Below are positions 10,456 to 19,374 of a DNA stretch of 40,043 nucleotides, piece by piece. A program made the position numbers and the translations under genes. Numbering within the stretch: position 1 is the first letter of the stretch; the number at the start of each line of letters is the position of its first letter. The notes under the pieces were generated by a model. That model saw nothing but the letters and a program-made list of their open reading frames with translations, was not told the DNA's origin and did not search any database. Source of the stretch: a virus (taxonomy: Duplodnaviria; Caudoviricetes); IMG/VR virus record IMGVR_UViG_3300032233_002173, positions 1 to 40,043 of that record; one strand, 5' to 3'.

Positions 10456-10466
10456 ATTTTTAATTT

Positions 10467-12317
10467 TTAACTTACTACTACTCTACCTTGTATATCTGTG
10501 TTAGGATATCTAACTTCAAATATAGCTGGGTCTAATGAAGGGTAAACATTATTATTTCTAGTTGCACCAGCAATATCATATCCATATTGAGAATAAGTAT
10601 TACTTCCTAAAGTACCTTGTTTATTTACCACTTCTAATTTAACTACTGATTGTACTCCTTTAACTTGTAATAATTTAGACTGAATATCAGATAAAGCAAT
10701 CGGTTGATTGATTTGCCATTTATCTATATTAAAATAATCTTGTAGAACTGATATGCAAGAAGTTAAAACATCTTTATTAGCATATCCGTTTGTTACAGTA
10801 ATATCAAAATTAAATCCAATATTAATATAATAAGCATCTTTAATATTAATAGCATCAGTAACCATTCTATATTGGTTAAGATATGTTACTAAATTGTTCT
10901 TTAATGTAAGAGATCCTGTGGCTAATTGCTTATTATTATTATAAGATAAAACATATAAATCTAAAGATAAGGGATTATATTGTTGAGTATAAGCAACCGT
11001 TTGTTGTGGGTTATTATTAAAATCTTGTGATACATAAGCTTTAGCAATAGTACCATAATCAGCAGGCATTGATAATGCTCTTACTATATAATCATCTTTA
11101 GTTACAGCTCTTAATTGAGTTGAAAATGAATATAAAGCATTTTGTCTAATTTCTTCAATACTATCTCCATCTCTACCTCCAGAAGAAGGGAAAGGATTAG
11201 CTGATATTACGCTATTAGAAGCAGAAGTTGCTAGGGCAGCATTTGCCGGAGTTCCGTTTTTAAAGTAGATATTTGTTTTATCTAAAGTAGTTAAATCATT
11301 TACAGGTACATTTGATGTTATACCACCACCTTTTAAATATTTAACTGTTAATGAACCTGAAGGTGCTAAACCATATTCTTGAGTAAAGAAAGTAGATGCT
11401 TCATTGTAATTATTTGTTAATAATGAAATACCAGGTACTGAACCTGCTTTAATACTTCCTGCAGTTGGAATAATTTGGCTATCTGTTTTATCAGTAGATA
11501 AACCAGCGCCAAATTCTAATTGTAATGTGTTATCAGATAATATTCTAGAAACAAAACGTCTAGGAACTTTTTGTAACTGTAATAAATAAGGTACTTGATC
11601 TGAATTAGCTCCTGTGTTAGCTATTTTCTGGAACATTGAAGTTTGGGCTAAATAAGGTACTTCATACCATATATTTGCATCACTACCAGTAACATTTAAT
11701 ATTTGTAATATATTACTATCTTCAATAATAGCAGTTGCAAACTTTTGATTTGCAGTTATATTAATTGTAGTCTCTTGTATTTCAGCTGATATAGCAGGGA
11801 CTGATTTTTTAATTAAATAGAAATTACTATTCATAAATGTAACTTCAGCACTGCCTGTATTAGTAAAATCAATTTGTTGGGTAGTTAAGAATTTAGTACC
11901 TGTAGAATTTGAAGTAATTGGTGTGTTTGCTGGAATTATTAAACCATAATTTATAATATCTGGGCGATAGGTAATACCTCCATCTGTAGAAATTGCAGGT
12001 ACCATTTGATATATATCAACGTTAGTATTAGAAGCATAAGATGCTTTAGGACGATATCCCATTACATATGCTTGAGCATATAAATTTTCTTTTTCTTTAG
12101 CGTATAATAAGAAGTTTTCTTGAACTTGAGTATCTAAATAAAATGAAGATACATCACCAACGTAAGATGCCATTTCAATAAACATGTTCCCCGGTGTTGC
12201 TTCAGAAAAGTCATTATATGTGTTTGGGAAATATGTTTTAGCATATTCTTGTAGTACTGATTTAAAATCGGTAAAACTTTTATTTAAATATGATATATTT
12301 TTATCTTCGTTAGCCAT
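10467..12317 (-). CDS. Baseplate wedge subunit (T4 gp6 / baseplate J-like)
   Basis: YNDFSEATPGNMFIEMASYVGDVSSFYLD, LEFGAG and GGRDGDSIEEIRQNA...QLRAVTKDDY motifs. Confidence 0.9.
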   Translation of the reverse strand: MANEDKNISYLNKSFTDFKSVLQEYAKTYFPNTYNDFSEATPGNMFIEMASYVGDVSSFYLDTQVQENFLLYAKEKENLYAQAYVMGYRPKASYASNTNVDIYQMVPAISTDGGITYRPDIINYGLIIPANTPITSNSTGTKFLTTQQIDFTNTGSAEVTFMNSNFYLIKKSVPAISAEIQETTINITANQKFATAIIEDSNILQILNVTGSDANIWYEVPYLAQTSMFQKIANTGANSDQVPYLLQLQKVPRRFVSRILSDNTLQLEFGAGLSTDKTDSQIIPTAGSIKAGSVPGISLLTNNYNEASTFFTQEYGLAPSGSLTVKYLKGGGITSNVPVNDLTTLDKTNIYFKNGTPANAALATSASNSVISANPFPSSGGRDGDSIEEIRQNALYSFSTQLRAVTKDDYIVRALSMPADYGTIAKAYVSQDFNNNPQQTVAYTQQYNPLSLDLYVLSYNNNKQLATGSLTLKNNLVTYLNQYRMVTDAINIKDAYYINIGFNFDITVTNGYANKDVLTSCISVLQDYFNIDKWQINQPIALSDIQSKLLQVKGVQSVVKLEVVNKQGTLGSNTYSQYGYDIAGATRNNNVYPSLDPAIFEVRYPNTDIQGRVVVS

Positions 12318-12319
12318 TT

Positions 12320-12733
12320 TTATTGTATTGTTTCAAATTGTATTGTTACTTGATCTTTTTTATTAGATATAATAATTTTATAATCTATTGTTACATCCAT
12401 TGCGTTAAAATCAGTATTGGGATTAACTACTATATTTAAAAGTTGTATCTCCGGAATAAATGTATTAACTGCTTCTATAATACTATTTATAACTTTTTGT
12501 TCTGTTCCAGCATTAATATTTTCAAACAATTGTTTTTTAATATTACATCCAAAATTCGGATTTAATACTCTTTCACCTTTAGCAGTAAGTAAAAGATTAA
12601 TTAAATTAGATTTAATTTGAACCGCCGTTGTAAAAGTACTCTTAAAAGGACCTTTAAAAGGTAAGCTTACCCCAATAGCAATATTTTTACGTAAATCTAA
12701 CGGATTTACACGTATTGTTTGAGGTATAGGCAT
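12320..12733 (-). CDS. Baseplate gp25/GPW-like sheath initiator
   Basis: IKSNLINLLLTAKGERVLNPNFGCNIKKQLFE signature. Confidence 0.92.
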   Translation of the reverse strand: MPIPQTIRVNPLDLRKNIAIGVSLPFKGPFKSTFTTAVQIKSNLINLLLTAKGERVLNPNFGCNIKKQLFENINAGTEQKVINSIIEAVNTFIPEIQLLNIVVNPNTDFNAMDVTIDYKIIISNKKDQVTIQFETIQ

Positions 12734-12734
12734 C

Positions 12735-13094
12735 TTAATCTAAATTTCTTAATCCTTGTTTATCCATTGGTGACATATTATTAGCAGCATCAGCAATAAA
12801 AGCAGCAAATGGATTTACTTTTTCGCCTGTAGTTTCGTCAACAGCATCAATTACTTTTAATGCTGGTTGTGGTTGCTGAAAGCCAAAGGCTTCACCCATT
12901 TTACTACGTAGTGATGCTCTAACGTCTGGATTGCCAGGTATTACATCTGCGCTACTATAGCTAAATGTTTTGTTTTCACGTAATGTTTTTTTCTCTTGTT
13001 TAGCCATGTGCTCTTCAAGAATGTATGGTAACTCTTCATGAATAGCATCGATTACGGCTTCTTTAATTAATTTTTTAAATGATTTGATGTTCAT
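12735..13094 (-). CDS. Hypothetical virion protein with N-terminal KKLIKEAV..EEL..ILEE motif
   Basis: 119 aa; late motif 4 nt upstream. Confidence 0.7.
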   Translation of the reverse strand: MNIKSFKKLIKEAVIDAIHEELPYILEEHMAKQEKKTLRENKTFSYSSADVIPGNPDVRASLRSKMGEAFGFQQPQPALKVIDAVDETTGEKVNPFAAFIADAANNMSPMDKQGLRNLD

Positions 13095-13098
13095 AATT

Positions 13099-13106
13099 AT
13101 AAATAT
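13099..13106 (-). promoter_or_regulatory. Putative late promoter ATATTTAT
   Basis: Intergenic, 4 nt upstream of ATG at 13094. Confidence 0.55.
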
Positions 13107-13107
13107 T

Positions 13108-14385
13108 TTATCCTTGTAAATTTCGTTGATCGATAATTAGTTTTAATTGGTCTATTAAATCGTTAGGATCCAAAGTAAATGAATTATCACTTTTTAATAT
13201 CTCTGTACCATCACGATTAATAGCTACGGCGTAGCGGCGTTTATTTCCTTTAACAATAACTGCTTGTTGAGCACCTAATGTTTGTTCTTCTTTGATAGCA
13301 AACTTAAATCCTTTATACATCTCAAAATCATTACCTGTTGGGAGAAATGCATTTGTCAAATCAGCTAATTCTTGTTCATTTAGATTAAGTGAGGATTTTG
13401 AATCTAATAATTGGTTAACTGCTTTTAATCTTTCAATTAATTCATTTAATTTAGAAATTTCACTTTCTAATATTGTTACTGCTATAGCTGTTACTACACT
13501 TAATGAAACAATTAATTTAGCTGCCTTTTCTAATGATTTAACAATTCTAGTAATTACATTAACAGGAATACCAATACCAGGAGGTACAGCTGTTGGAATA
13601 GGAATAGCAGATAAAATTGCAACTACAGCAGTAAAAATAGTAATATATAAACTAATCTGTGCTATTGTTTTTTCTAGATTAGTTAATTTACTAATACTAT
13701 TATTAATTAATTTAATAGCATTATTTCTTAAATTAGTAGCAATAGCAATAGTTTCAGGTGTATTTGCTTGATCAATATAAGCATTTACTTGATCTACTAA
13801 TTTTTCTAATTGTGCTCTTTGAGATAGAACAGCAGCAAATTTATTAGCTAATTGTAATGCAAGAATAGGTGCTAATGTTTTAGCAGCATTTATAGCTAAT
13901 TTTTTTATTAATGCTCTTCTTGCTTTTGCTCGTTCAGCTCTATTTCTATTTTTTCTTTTTTGTCTTTTTAATTTACGTTTATTTAACTTATCTTTTATTT
14001 TTCTATAAGGATCAGCAATTATATTTGCTAAATCTTCCTTAAGTTTTAAATCTAAATCTTCTAAATCAGCTAATTTATTTTGATAAGCTTCTTCTTCTTT
14101 TGCAACTGCTTTATTATATTGTTCTTGAGTAATTTGTTTCTCTTTAAGCAATATTTCTAGTCTTTTCATTTCAGTACCATGATCAGACCATATTTTAATT
14201 TTTAAAGTTATTATTTCCTGTATTTGGTCTTTTATTTCTTGAGCCTTACCCAATACAGCAGAAATAACTTTCTTTTTAGCTTTATTAATTAATTGATCAC
14301 CAAAAGTTTTAATAACAGCCGCCGATGATATTGTTTTAAGAACATCAGGAGAAACTACAGATCCTATATTTAAATTATTAGCCAT
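13108..14385 (-). CDS. Coiled-coil protein with hydrophobic hairpin in the baseplate cluster
   Basis: 425 aa; long heptad-rich helices, a K/R-rich patch, and two hydrophobic segments around IPIPTAVPPGIGIP. Confidence 0.7.
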   Translation of the reverse strand: MANNLNIGSVVSPDVLKTISSAAVIKTFGDQLINKAKKKVISAVLGKAQEIKDQIQEIITLKIKIWSDHGTEMKRLEILLKEKQITQEQYNKAVAKEEEAYQNKLADLEDLDLKLKEDLANIIADPYRKIKDKLNKRKLKRQKRKNRNRAERAKARRALIKKLAINAAKTLAPILALQLANKFAAVLSQRAQLEKLVDQVNAYIDQANTPETIAIATNLRNNAIKLINNSISKLTNLEKTIAQISLYITIFTAVVAILSAIPIPTAVPPGIGIPVNVITRIVKSLEKAAKLIVSLSVVTAIAVTILESEISKLNELIERLKAVNQLLDSKSSLNLNEQELADLTNAFLPTGNDFEMYKGFKFAIKEEQTLGAQQAVIVKGNKRRYAVAINRDGTEILKSDNSFTLDPNDLIDQLKLIIDQRNLQG

Positions 14386-15563
14386 TAAGCTGTAAAGTTT
14401 TGTTGTGATAAAATTCCTTCTAAATTATCATTTATTCTATCAATGTCATTTAATAATCCTTCAGCAGCCATATTAATATCCATAGCTGGGGCACCTTCAG
14501 GTGATCCAACAACAGAAGACAATGCATTACCAAAACTGTATAAACTATCTAATAAGGTTTCCAATAAAGTATTTAATTTATCGCCTAATACTAGCGGTTC
14601 TGTTGGTAAACTGTTATTTACAGTACCTAAAAAAACGGTATTACTATTAAGATGAACACGCTCATTAGCATTTAAATTAATAATATTTTTAGTATTTAAC
14701 TCGATGTTTGATTTAGCAAAAATCATTACTTCATCACGTTTAGAATTTAATACTACTCTATCACTGTTAATAACAACTTGAGCATTAAAATACTTAGATG
14801 TATCTATGGGTTTAGTTAGTGGATTTAAAACACCAGTTCTATCTGTTTGTAATGATAGTTGTTGAGTTGATGTTAAATAAATAGATGAAGCGTCTTGATT
14901 TATTTTTTCAACATGAAATTTTTCTTTAGGATTGTAAGCAAATCCATTTGATAATATAGTAATAGGACTATCATCATTACCTACACTACTCCATTCGTTT
15001 AAATCATTATATAGTTTGGTAGTTGAACTAAAACGAAGAGCATTGCCTTGTCTTCCTTGAACTACATGATCACCTTCAAACGATAATAAAGATTTTATAT
15101 TTGGATTTTCAATAAAAGTAATTCCTAAATTATCTGAATCATCTGCTGGTTGAGAATTTTGTTGGTTATTATTCCATAAATTAACTACACTAGTATAATA
15201 TTTTTGGTTGGAAGTACTATTAAGAGAACGTTGAGTATCGGGTGATGGTGCATCCAAAAGTGCTACTAGTTCTCCTAAAACAGGATAATATTGAAATTGA
15301 GGAGACATTGGTCTAGCAATGCTACATAAATTTAAAAATTCATCTCCAGTTCCAGTAACGTTTTTAGCTGAGTTATAATCAAGATAAAATATAGAACCTA
15401 TGCTATTAAATCCGCCTGCTTTTTTAAACATGGCTTCACTAGGAGTATTTTCAGTAGTTACAACACCATATACTCTCCCTACTTGTAAAGAAGGAGCAGA
15501 AGAAAAATTATTTTTTCCTTGTGAAGATAAAACGTTTGAAAATCCACCTATTTGATACTTCAT
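14385..15563 (-). CDS. Putative baseplate hub/central spike (gp5-like)
   Basis: 392 aa; N-terminal YPVLGELV (OB-fold-like), GDHVVQGRQGNALRF, and a beta-helix-like QVVINSDRVVLNSK...IELNTKNIINLNA region; near gp25/gp6. Confidence 0.6.
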   Translation of the reverse strand: MKYQIGGFSNVLSSQGKNNFSSAPSLQVGRVYGVVTTENTPSEAMFKKAGGFNSIGSIFYLDYNSAKNVTGTGDEFLNLCSIARPMSPQFQYYPVLGELVALLDAPSPDTQRSLNSTSNQKYYTSVVNLWNNNQQNSQPADDSDNLGITFIENPNIKSLLSFEGDHVVQGRQGNALRFSSTTKLYNDLNEWSSVGNDDSPITILSNGFAYNPKEKFHVEKINQDASSIYLTSTQQLSLQTDRTGVLNPLTKPIDTSKYFNAQVVINSDRVVLNSKRDEVMIFAKSNIELNTKNIINLNANERVHLNSNTVFLGTVNNSLPTEPLVLGDKLNTLLETLLDSLYSFGNALSSVVGSPEGAPAMDINMAAEGLLNDIDRINDNLEGILSQQNFTA

Positions 15564-15565
15564 AA

Positions 15566-15949
15566 TTAATTATTTAAAGCAACAATTGATGATTGTTCAA
15601 TTAATTTTTGCCCTTGTTCTTGTACATCTTTCTGTTCAGCTAATAACGCTTCAATTTCACTCATATCTAATAGTTCATTACTGTTATTACTATTAGAAGT
15701 AGATGCACGTTGTGCTATAGCTGCCATTTTAACTAATTGCTCGTTATTTTTTACATTCACATCTAATAGATCCTTAACAACAGGCATTAAATTAGTGGCA
15801 TTCCCCACATTAGCTGTCGCCATTGGTTTCATAGTATCAATGAAATCCTCAATCTTCTTATCAATATCTTTATTATTCTTGTGTATTTTCTTAAACAGGT
15901 CCGATAGGGACATACCGTCAAATACCTCTACGTCATTAAAATTAGCCAT
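15566..15949 (-). CDS. Helical hypothetical protein (terminase small subunit-like possible, unverified)
   Basis: ATG at 15949 (MANFND) preferred over the ORF-track TTG; late motif 14 nt upstream. Confidence 0.6.
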   Translation of the reverse strand: MANFNDVEVFDGMSLSDLFKKIHKNNKDIDKKIEDFIDTMKPMATANVGNATNLMPVVKDLLDVNVKNNEQLVKMAAIAQRASTSNSNNSNELLDMSEIEALLAEQKDVQEQGQKLIEQSSIVALNN

Positions 15950-15963
15950 AATTGCGTTTATCA

Positions 15964-15971
15964 ATAAATAT
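15964..15971 (-). promoter_or_regulatory. Putative late promoter ATATTTAT
   Basis: Intergenic between the sigma gene and the next gene. Confidence 0.55.
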
Positions 15972-15977
15972 GAATAA

Positions 15978-16748
15978 TTAAATCTTTATATACCCGTGCT
16001 CATAGTATTCATTATATAAATGAACATATATGGTTTTAAGTTTTTTAATAATTTTAGTAATCTGAGGAGTGGATACGTCTGTAATTTCGCGTATATAGAT
16101 GTATAGGGCCTTTTTATTAAATATTTCTAGCGTTTCACGCTTACGAAATAATTCCACTACAGCATCTGCTGTTTGAGCGTCTTGTTTTTTAGGAAATAAT
16201 TTGTATATATGTTTGTCTATATACCTAATATATTGATCCATAAAACCATTACCATCTAGCATACTTTCAATGTTCTTATCATTTTCATATAAGTGCATTT
16301 GTTCCTCATCTGATTCATCTACATCAACTTTTTCTTGAAGTTTTTTATAGTTGTTTTCATTATAAACAATAAGATAACGTTTAGCAATAGTACCAAAGTA
16401 ACTAAATGCTTTGCCCTTCTCAGGCTTATATAGATGAAGTTTCTCAAGCAAGAAAGTAATTACCTCATGCTTAAGTTCTTCAATAGTATCTGTATCGGTG
16501 TAATAAAATTTAAACGTATGAATAATATTCTCGGCTAATTTATAGAAGCCATATTCAATGCGTTCATTATAAATGCGATTACGCTCAGCTGTATCAACAG
16601 TAATAAGGTACTCGACAATAGCGTCCTCAGTATCTTGAGTAAAATAGATACGGGGTTCTTTTGGTTTACGTTTGCGTGGTTTACCACGTTTAGTAAGTGC
16701 TAATGTATCATCATCAGCAAATATATCGTAATTATCGTTATATGACAT
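15978..16748 (-). CDS. Phage sigma factor, T4 gp55-like (late transcription)
   Basis: YKLAENIIHTFKF...EELKHEVITFLLEKLHLYKPEKGKAFSYFGTIAKRYLI parallels sigma region 2 and the gp55 F(A/S)YF motif; C-terminal HTH-like IREITDVSTPQITKII. Confidence 0.8.
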   Translation of the reverse strand: MSYNDNYDIFADDDTLALTKRGKPRKRKPKEPRIYFTQDTEDAIVEYLITVDTAERNRIYNERIEYGFYKLAENIIHTFKFYYTDTDTIEELKHEVITFLLEKLHLYKPEKGKAFSYFGTIAKRYLIVYNENNYKKLQEKVDVDESDEEQMHLYENDKNIESMLDGNGFMDQYIRYIDKHIYKLFPKKQDAQTADAVVELFRKRETLEIFNKKALYIYIREITDVSTPQITKIIKKLKTIYVHLYNEYYEHGYIKI

Positions 16749-16801
16749 AGTGATTTCCTAATTTTACTCCCAATGTATGGAAGGAAAATCACATAACCAA
16801 G

Positions 16802-17074
16802 CTATTTTTGAGAAGCGTTGAAGTCACTTATGATGTTTTGGATCTCTCTTAAATTATTAAAGAAAGTACCTACTTCATCATCGGCTTCAAATGCACCTTG
16901 AATATCAAGTTCTTTTAATTTAGCATCGGAATTAGCAACTATAATACTAATAGCGTCAATATATTCTTGTCGTTGAGCAACTGCTTTCTCAAGAATACTA
17001 TTACGTCTAATCAATAAAAAACCACCAATAACAGCTAATTCAATAGCATGTACAATTAATAATGTTAACCACAT
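16802..17074 (-). CDS. Small membrane-anchored protein
   Basis: 90 aa; N-terminal hydrophobic helix, then FEADDEVGTFF. Confidence 0.75.
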   Translation of the reverse strand: MWLTLLIVHAIELAVIGGFLLIRRNSILEKAVAQRQEYIDAISIIVANSDAKLKELDIQGAFEADDEVGTFFNNLREIQNIISDFNASQK

Positions 17075-17076
17075 AA

Positions 17077-17274
17077 TTATCTTGAGAATTGTTGATCAAA
17101 ATTATCGGCTTCTAAAGAAACCATTTCACGAATTTGCTCAACTTGTTCTTTTAAAATTTCAATAGACTCATTAACACTATCTTGTGTGCCGCCTCTATTT
17201 ACTTGGATGTGAACTTTGTTAACAGCCGATTCTAATTGTACTAGTTTATCTAGTATGTTATTTTTGTATTTCAT
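17077..17274 (-). CDS. Hypothetical coiled-coil protein
   Basis: 65 aa; late motif 15 nt upstream. Confidence 0.7.
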   Translation of the reverse strand: MKYKNNILDKLVQLESAVNKVHIQVNRGGTQDSVNESIEILKEQVEQIREMVSLEADNFDQQFSR

Positions 17275-17289
17275 AATATATGTTTATAT

Positions 17290-17297
17290 ATAAATAT
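17290..17297 (-). promoter_or_regulatory. Putative late promoter ATATTTAT
   Basis: Intergenic, upstream of ATG at 17274. Confidence 0.55.
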
Positions 17298-17401
17298 ATG
17301 ATTCTTCCCGTTCCCCAACCCATCTCCATTCTTCTCATTCTCCCCATTACCCTTTTCCCAACCCTCGTAAGTGGAAGTTACGTTAGAATTTTTGTACTTC
17401 C

Positions 17402-17432
17402 AAAGAAAAAGGGCATCTTTTTCAAGATACCC
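17402..17432 (-). terminator. Rho-independent terminator
   Basis: Minus strand GGGTATCTT-GAAA-AAGATGCCC followed by TTTTTCTTT, downstream of the 230-aa gene. Confidence 0.8.
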
Positions 17433-17469
17433 AAAATCTTCCAACATACCAAAAATGTCGTGTATAATA

Positions 17470-18162
17470 TTATTTTGCTAATTTAGCTAAAACGTCTTGA
17501 GATAAACCATTAAGAGCTGCTTCTAATTCTGAATCAGCACCTTCACCTTCTGCTACTTTACCACTAAATAATGATTTAGCAGCATTTTTAATTTTCTTAG
17601 CAGCAGCAACGATTTGATCTTTAACAACAGCTAAACCAACACTAACTGTGATAGTTCCTGCTGTAGCCAACATAACAAACATGCTACCAAAATCAACGTA
17701 TTGTTGACCTGCATCATTTGTTGTAGTACTCATACTCTTAAATGCATCCCAAATTGCTGGGAAATTTTCTGCAGCCCAAACACCTAAATCATAAGAACTT
17801 GAATCGCCAACATATTCATTTAATGAAATTGTTAATTTTTCTTCACCTTTAGTTTCTTCGTTTTCGTCAATAGCTTTTTTCTTTTCAGCTAATACGCCTT
17901 GTAATTCTTGACGAACCATTTCTTTTAATTCGTCTTTAGTCATTTTTTTCTTGTTTTCCATTTCTTTTATGGTATTAATTTTTGGAGATTGTTTTATAAT
18001 TAAATTAGCAGCTTCTAACTGCTTTGGTTCGTCAATAGTTACTTCAAAATATCCCTCTAACTTATTATCTACTGTTTGATTAGTATTTAATTCAACACCA
18101 GCCTTTTCCATACGATTAAGGAAAGCAGCTTTGTCTTCAAGTTTTATTTTAAATGTAGCCAT
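17470..18162 (-). CDS. Hypothetical virion (possibly internal head) protein with hydrophobic segment
   Basis: 230 aa; KMTKDELKEMVRQELQGVLAE motif, many (L/I/V)-x-E sites, one TM-like stretch. Confidence 0.7.
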   Translation of the reverse strand: MATFKIKLEDKAAFLNRMEKAGVELNTNQTVDNKLEGYFEVTIDEPKQLEAANLIIKQSPKINTIKEMENKKKMTKDELKEMVRQELQGVLAEKKKAIDENEETKGEEKLTISLNEYVGDSSSYDLGVWAAENFPAIWDAFKSMSTTTNDAGQQYVDFGSMFVMLATAGTITVSVGLAVVKDQIVAAAKKIKNAAKSLFSGKVAEGEGADSELEAALNGLSQDVLAKLAK

Positions 18163-18170
18163 TGTCTATA

Positions 18171-18178
18171 ATAAATAT
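18171..18178 (-). promoter_or_regulatory. Putative late promoter ATATTTAT
   Basis: 8 nt upstream of ATG at 18162. Confidence 0.6.
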
Positions 18179-18255
18179 ATAAAATACAATAAAGCAATAA
18201 ACAGTCCCGTTACTGTTTTTGTTGCTACACCACCCAATCCCAATATCCGTATATA

Positions 18256-18441
18256 CTAAAAATTGCGTTTCATGTATGTTCTAGCCATTTCTAACCAGCA
18301 GAAATGCATGAGTGAGAACGACCAAAACGCACCCCAAAACGAAGACGGCGATTGGAATAAAAAGTAAATAAATAATGAAACAATGGATAGATGTCCAAAT
18401 GCCCAAATTGCACTAAATAATAAGATATTAGTTGATTTCAT
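18256..18441 (-). CDS. Small membrane protein
   Basis: 61 aa; two hydrophobic stretches. Confidence 0.5.
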   Translation of the reverse strand: MKSTNILLFSAIWAFGHLSIVSLFIYFLFQSPSSFWGAFWSFSLMHFCWLEMARTYMKRNF

Positions 18442-18916
18442 TTGTTTTGTATTTTTTACCTATATTTTCAATAATAACGCGCGCATCATCAGATGATATT
18501 GTAAATCCTTCGCGCTTTGGATTGATACGTACACCGATATCTTCAAGATATGCGTGTATGTCGTGTTCAAGTGAACGACCATCTGGGCACTTATATGTGA
18601 ATACCGCGTACCAAGGTGTAATTACACCCGTAGCTGAATTAATTTGCTTAACTCTATCGTATACTGTCGTGGTAGTAAAGCCAATCTTACATATACCTGG
18701 AATAGATGGGTTAACTAGAATGTAAATATAATGGGGATGTTGTGGGGTATTAGTTGGATCAACCCAGGATACACCATAGTATGTGATTTCTTCCCAACCT
18801 GGATCATTAGGGATGGGGGTAAGGGTATAAGCAATAGCACGACGCATACTATGGCGTATGTCGCTACTACTTAACGGGAGATATTGTTTAGCCTCATCGT
18901 GTGTAATACGTTTCAT
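18428..18916 (-). CDS. T5orf172/GIY-YIG-like nuclease-domain protein
   Basis: YIYILVNPSIPGICKIGFTT..RVKQINSATGV...LEHDIH...REGF. Confidence 0.85.
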   Translation of the reverse strand: MKRITHDEAKQYLPLSSSDIRHSMRRAIAYTLTPIPNDPGWEEITYYGVSWVDPTNTPQHPHYIYILVNPSIPGICKIGFTTTTVYDRVKQINSATGVITPWYAVFTYKCPDGRSLEHDIHAYLEDIGVRINPKREGFTISSDDARVIIENIGKKYKTNEIN

Positions 18917-18934
18917 AACCTATTTTTATTTGCA

Positions 18935-19108
18935 CTAAAGATCGGGTAGAGGTTTTGCCTGAACAACCGATCCACTCATTATAGCGTGTTGGTATTCTTC
19001 TACCGTTAAACCATATTGCGTGGCTTCGGCGTTACGTTGTTGCTGAATATATTGTTCGAATGCTTCTTTTGTTAGCATCATGCTGTCTTGTATATACTTT
19101 TTCGACAT
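18935..19108 (-). CDS. Hypothetical protein (57 aa, not in ORF track)
   Basis: MSKKYIQDSMMLTKEAFEQYIQQQRNAEATQYGLTVEEYQ...; fills the gap, A-rich leader. Confidence 0.65.
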   Translation of the reverse strand: MSKKYIQDSMMLTKEAFEQYIQQQRNAEATQYGLTVEEYQHAIMSGSVVQAKPLPDL

Positions 19109-19222
19109 AAAAAATTTTGTTTAAAAGAGATTTTGAGGTTTTAACAAGTAGGTGCAAAATGGGTTAAATGGAAACGCGGATATGCGTATATACTTGTCGG
19201 GGTGTAAAGATCGTATTTTCGG

Positions 19223-19247
19223 TGAACATACATATCTCTTTTTTGCC
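19223..19247 (-). promoter_or_regulatory. Early-type promoter variant GGC-N14-TATGTTCA
   Basis: Matches the repeated motif with a 14-nt spacer. Confidence 0.4.
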
Positions 19248-19326
19248 ACAACCACGCCCCGTCGATGGACCGCAATTAGCATGGGAGCACTCCGCGATCA
19301 AACCGCTATCGTATCGCTATCAACCG

Positions 19327-19373
19327 CGGGCGTCCCGATCCCTCAGAATCTCGGGCGCCCGGGCATCATGCCC
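19327..19373. other. GC-rich tandem hairpins in a non-coding segment
   Basis: cgggcg(t)cccga...tcgggcgccc g (11-bp stem, one bulge), then gggcat-c-atgccc. Confidence 0.65.
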
Positions 19374-19374
19374 A

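Noticed and set aside
18428-18916. Intron-associated homing endonuclease or mobile element
   Set aside because: Free-standing T5orf172-type gene; no interrupted gene or intron structure evident
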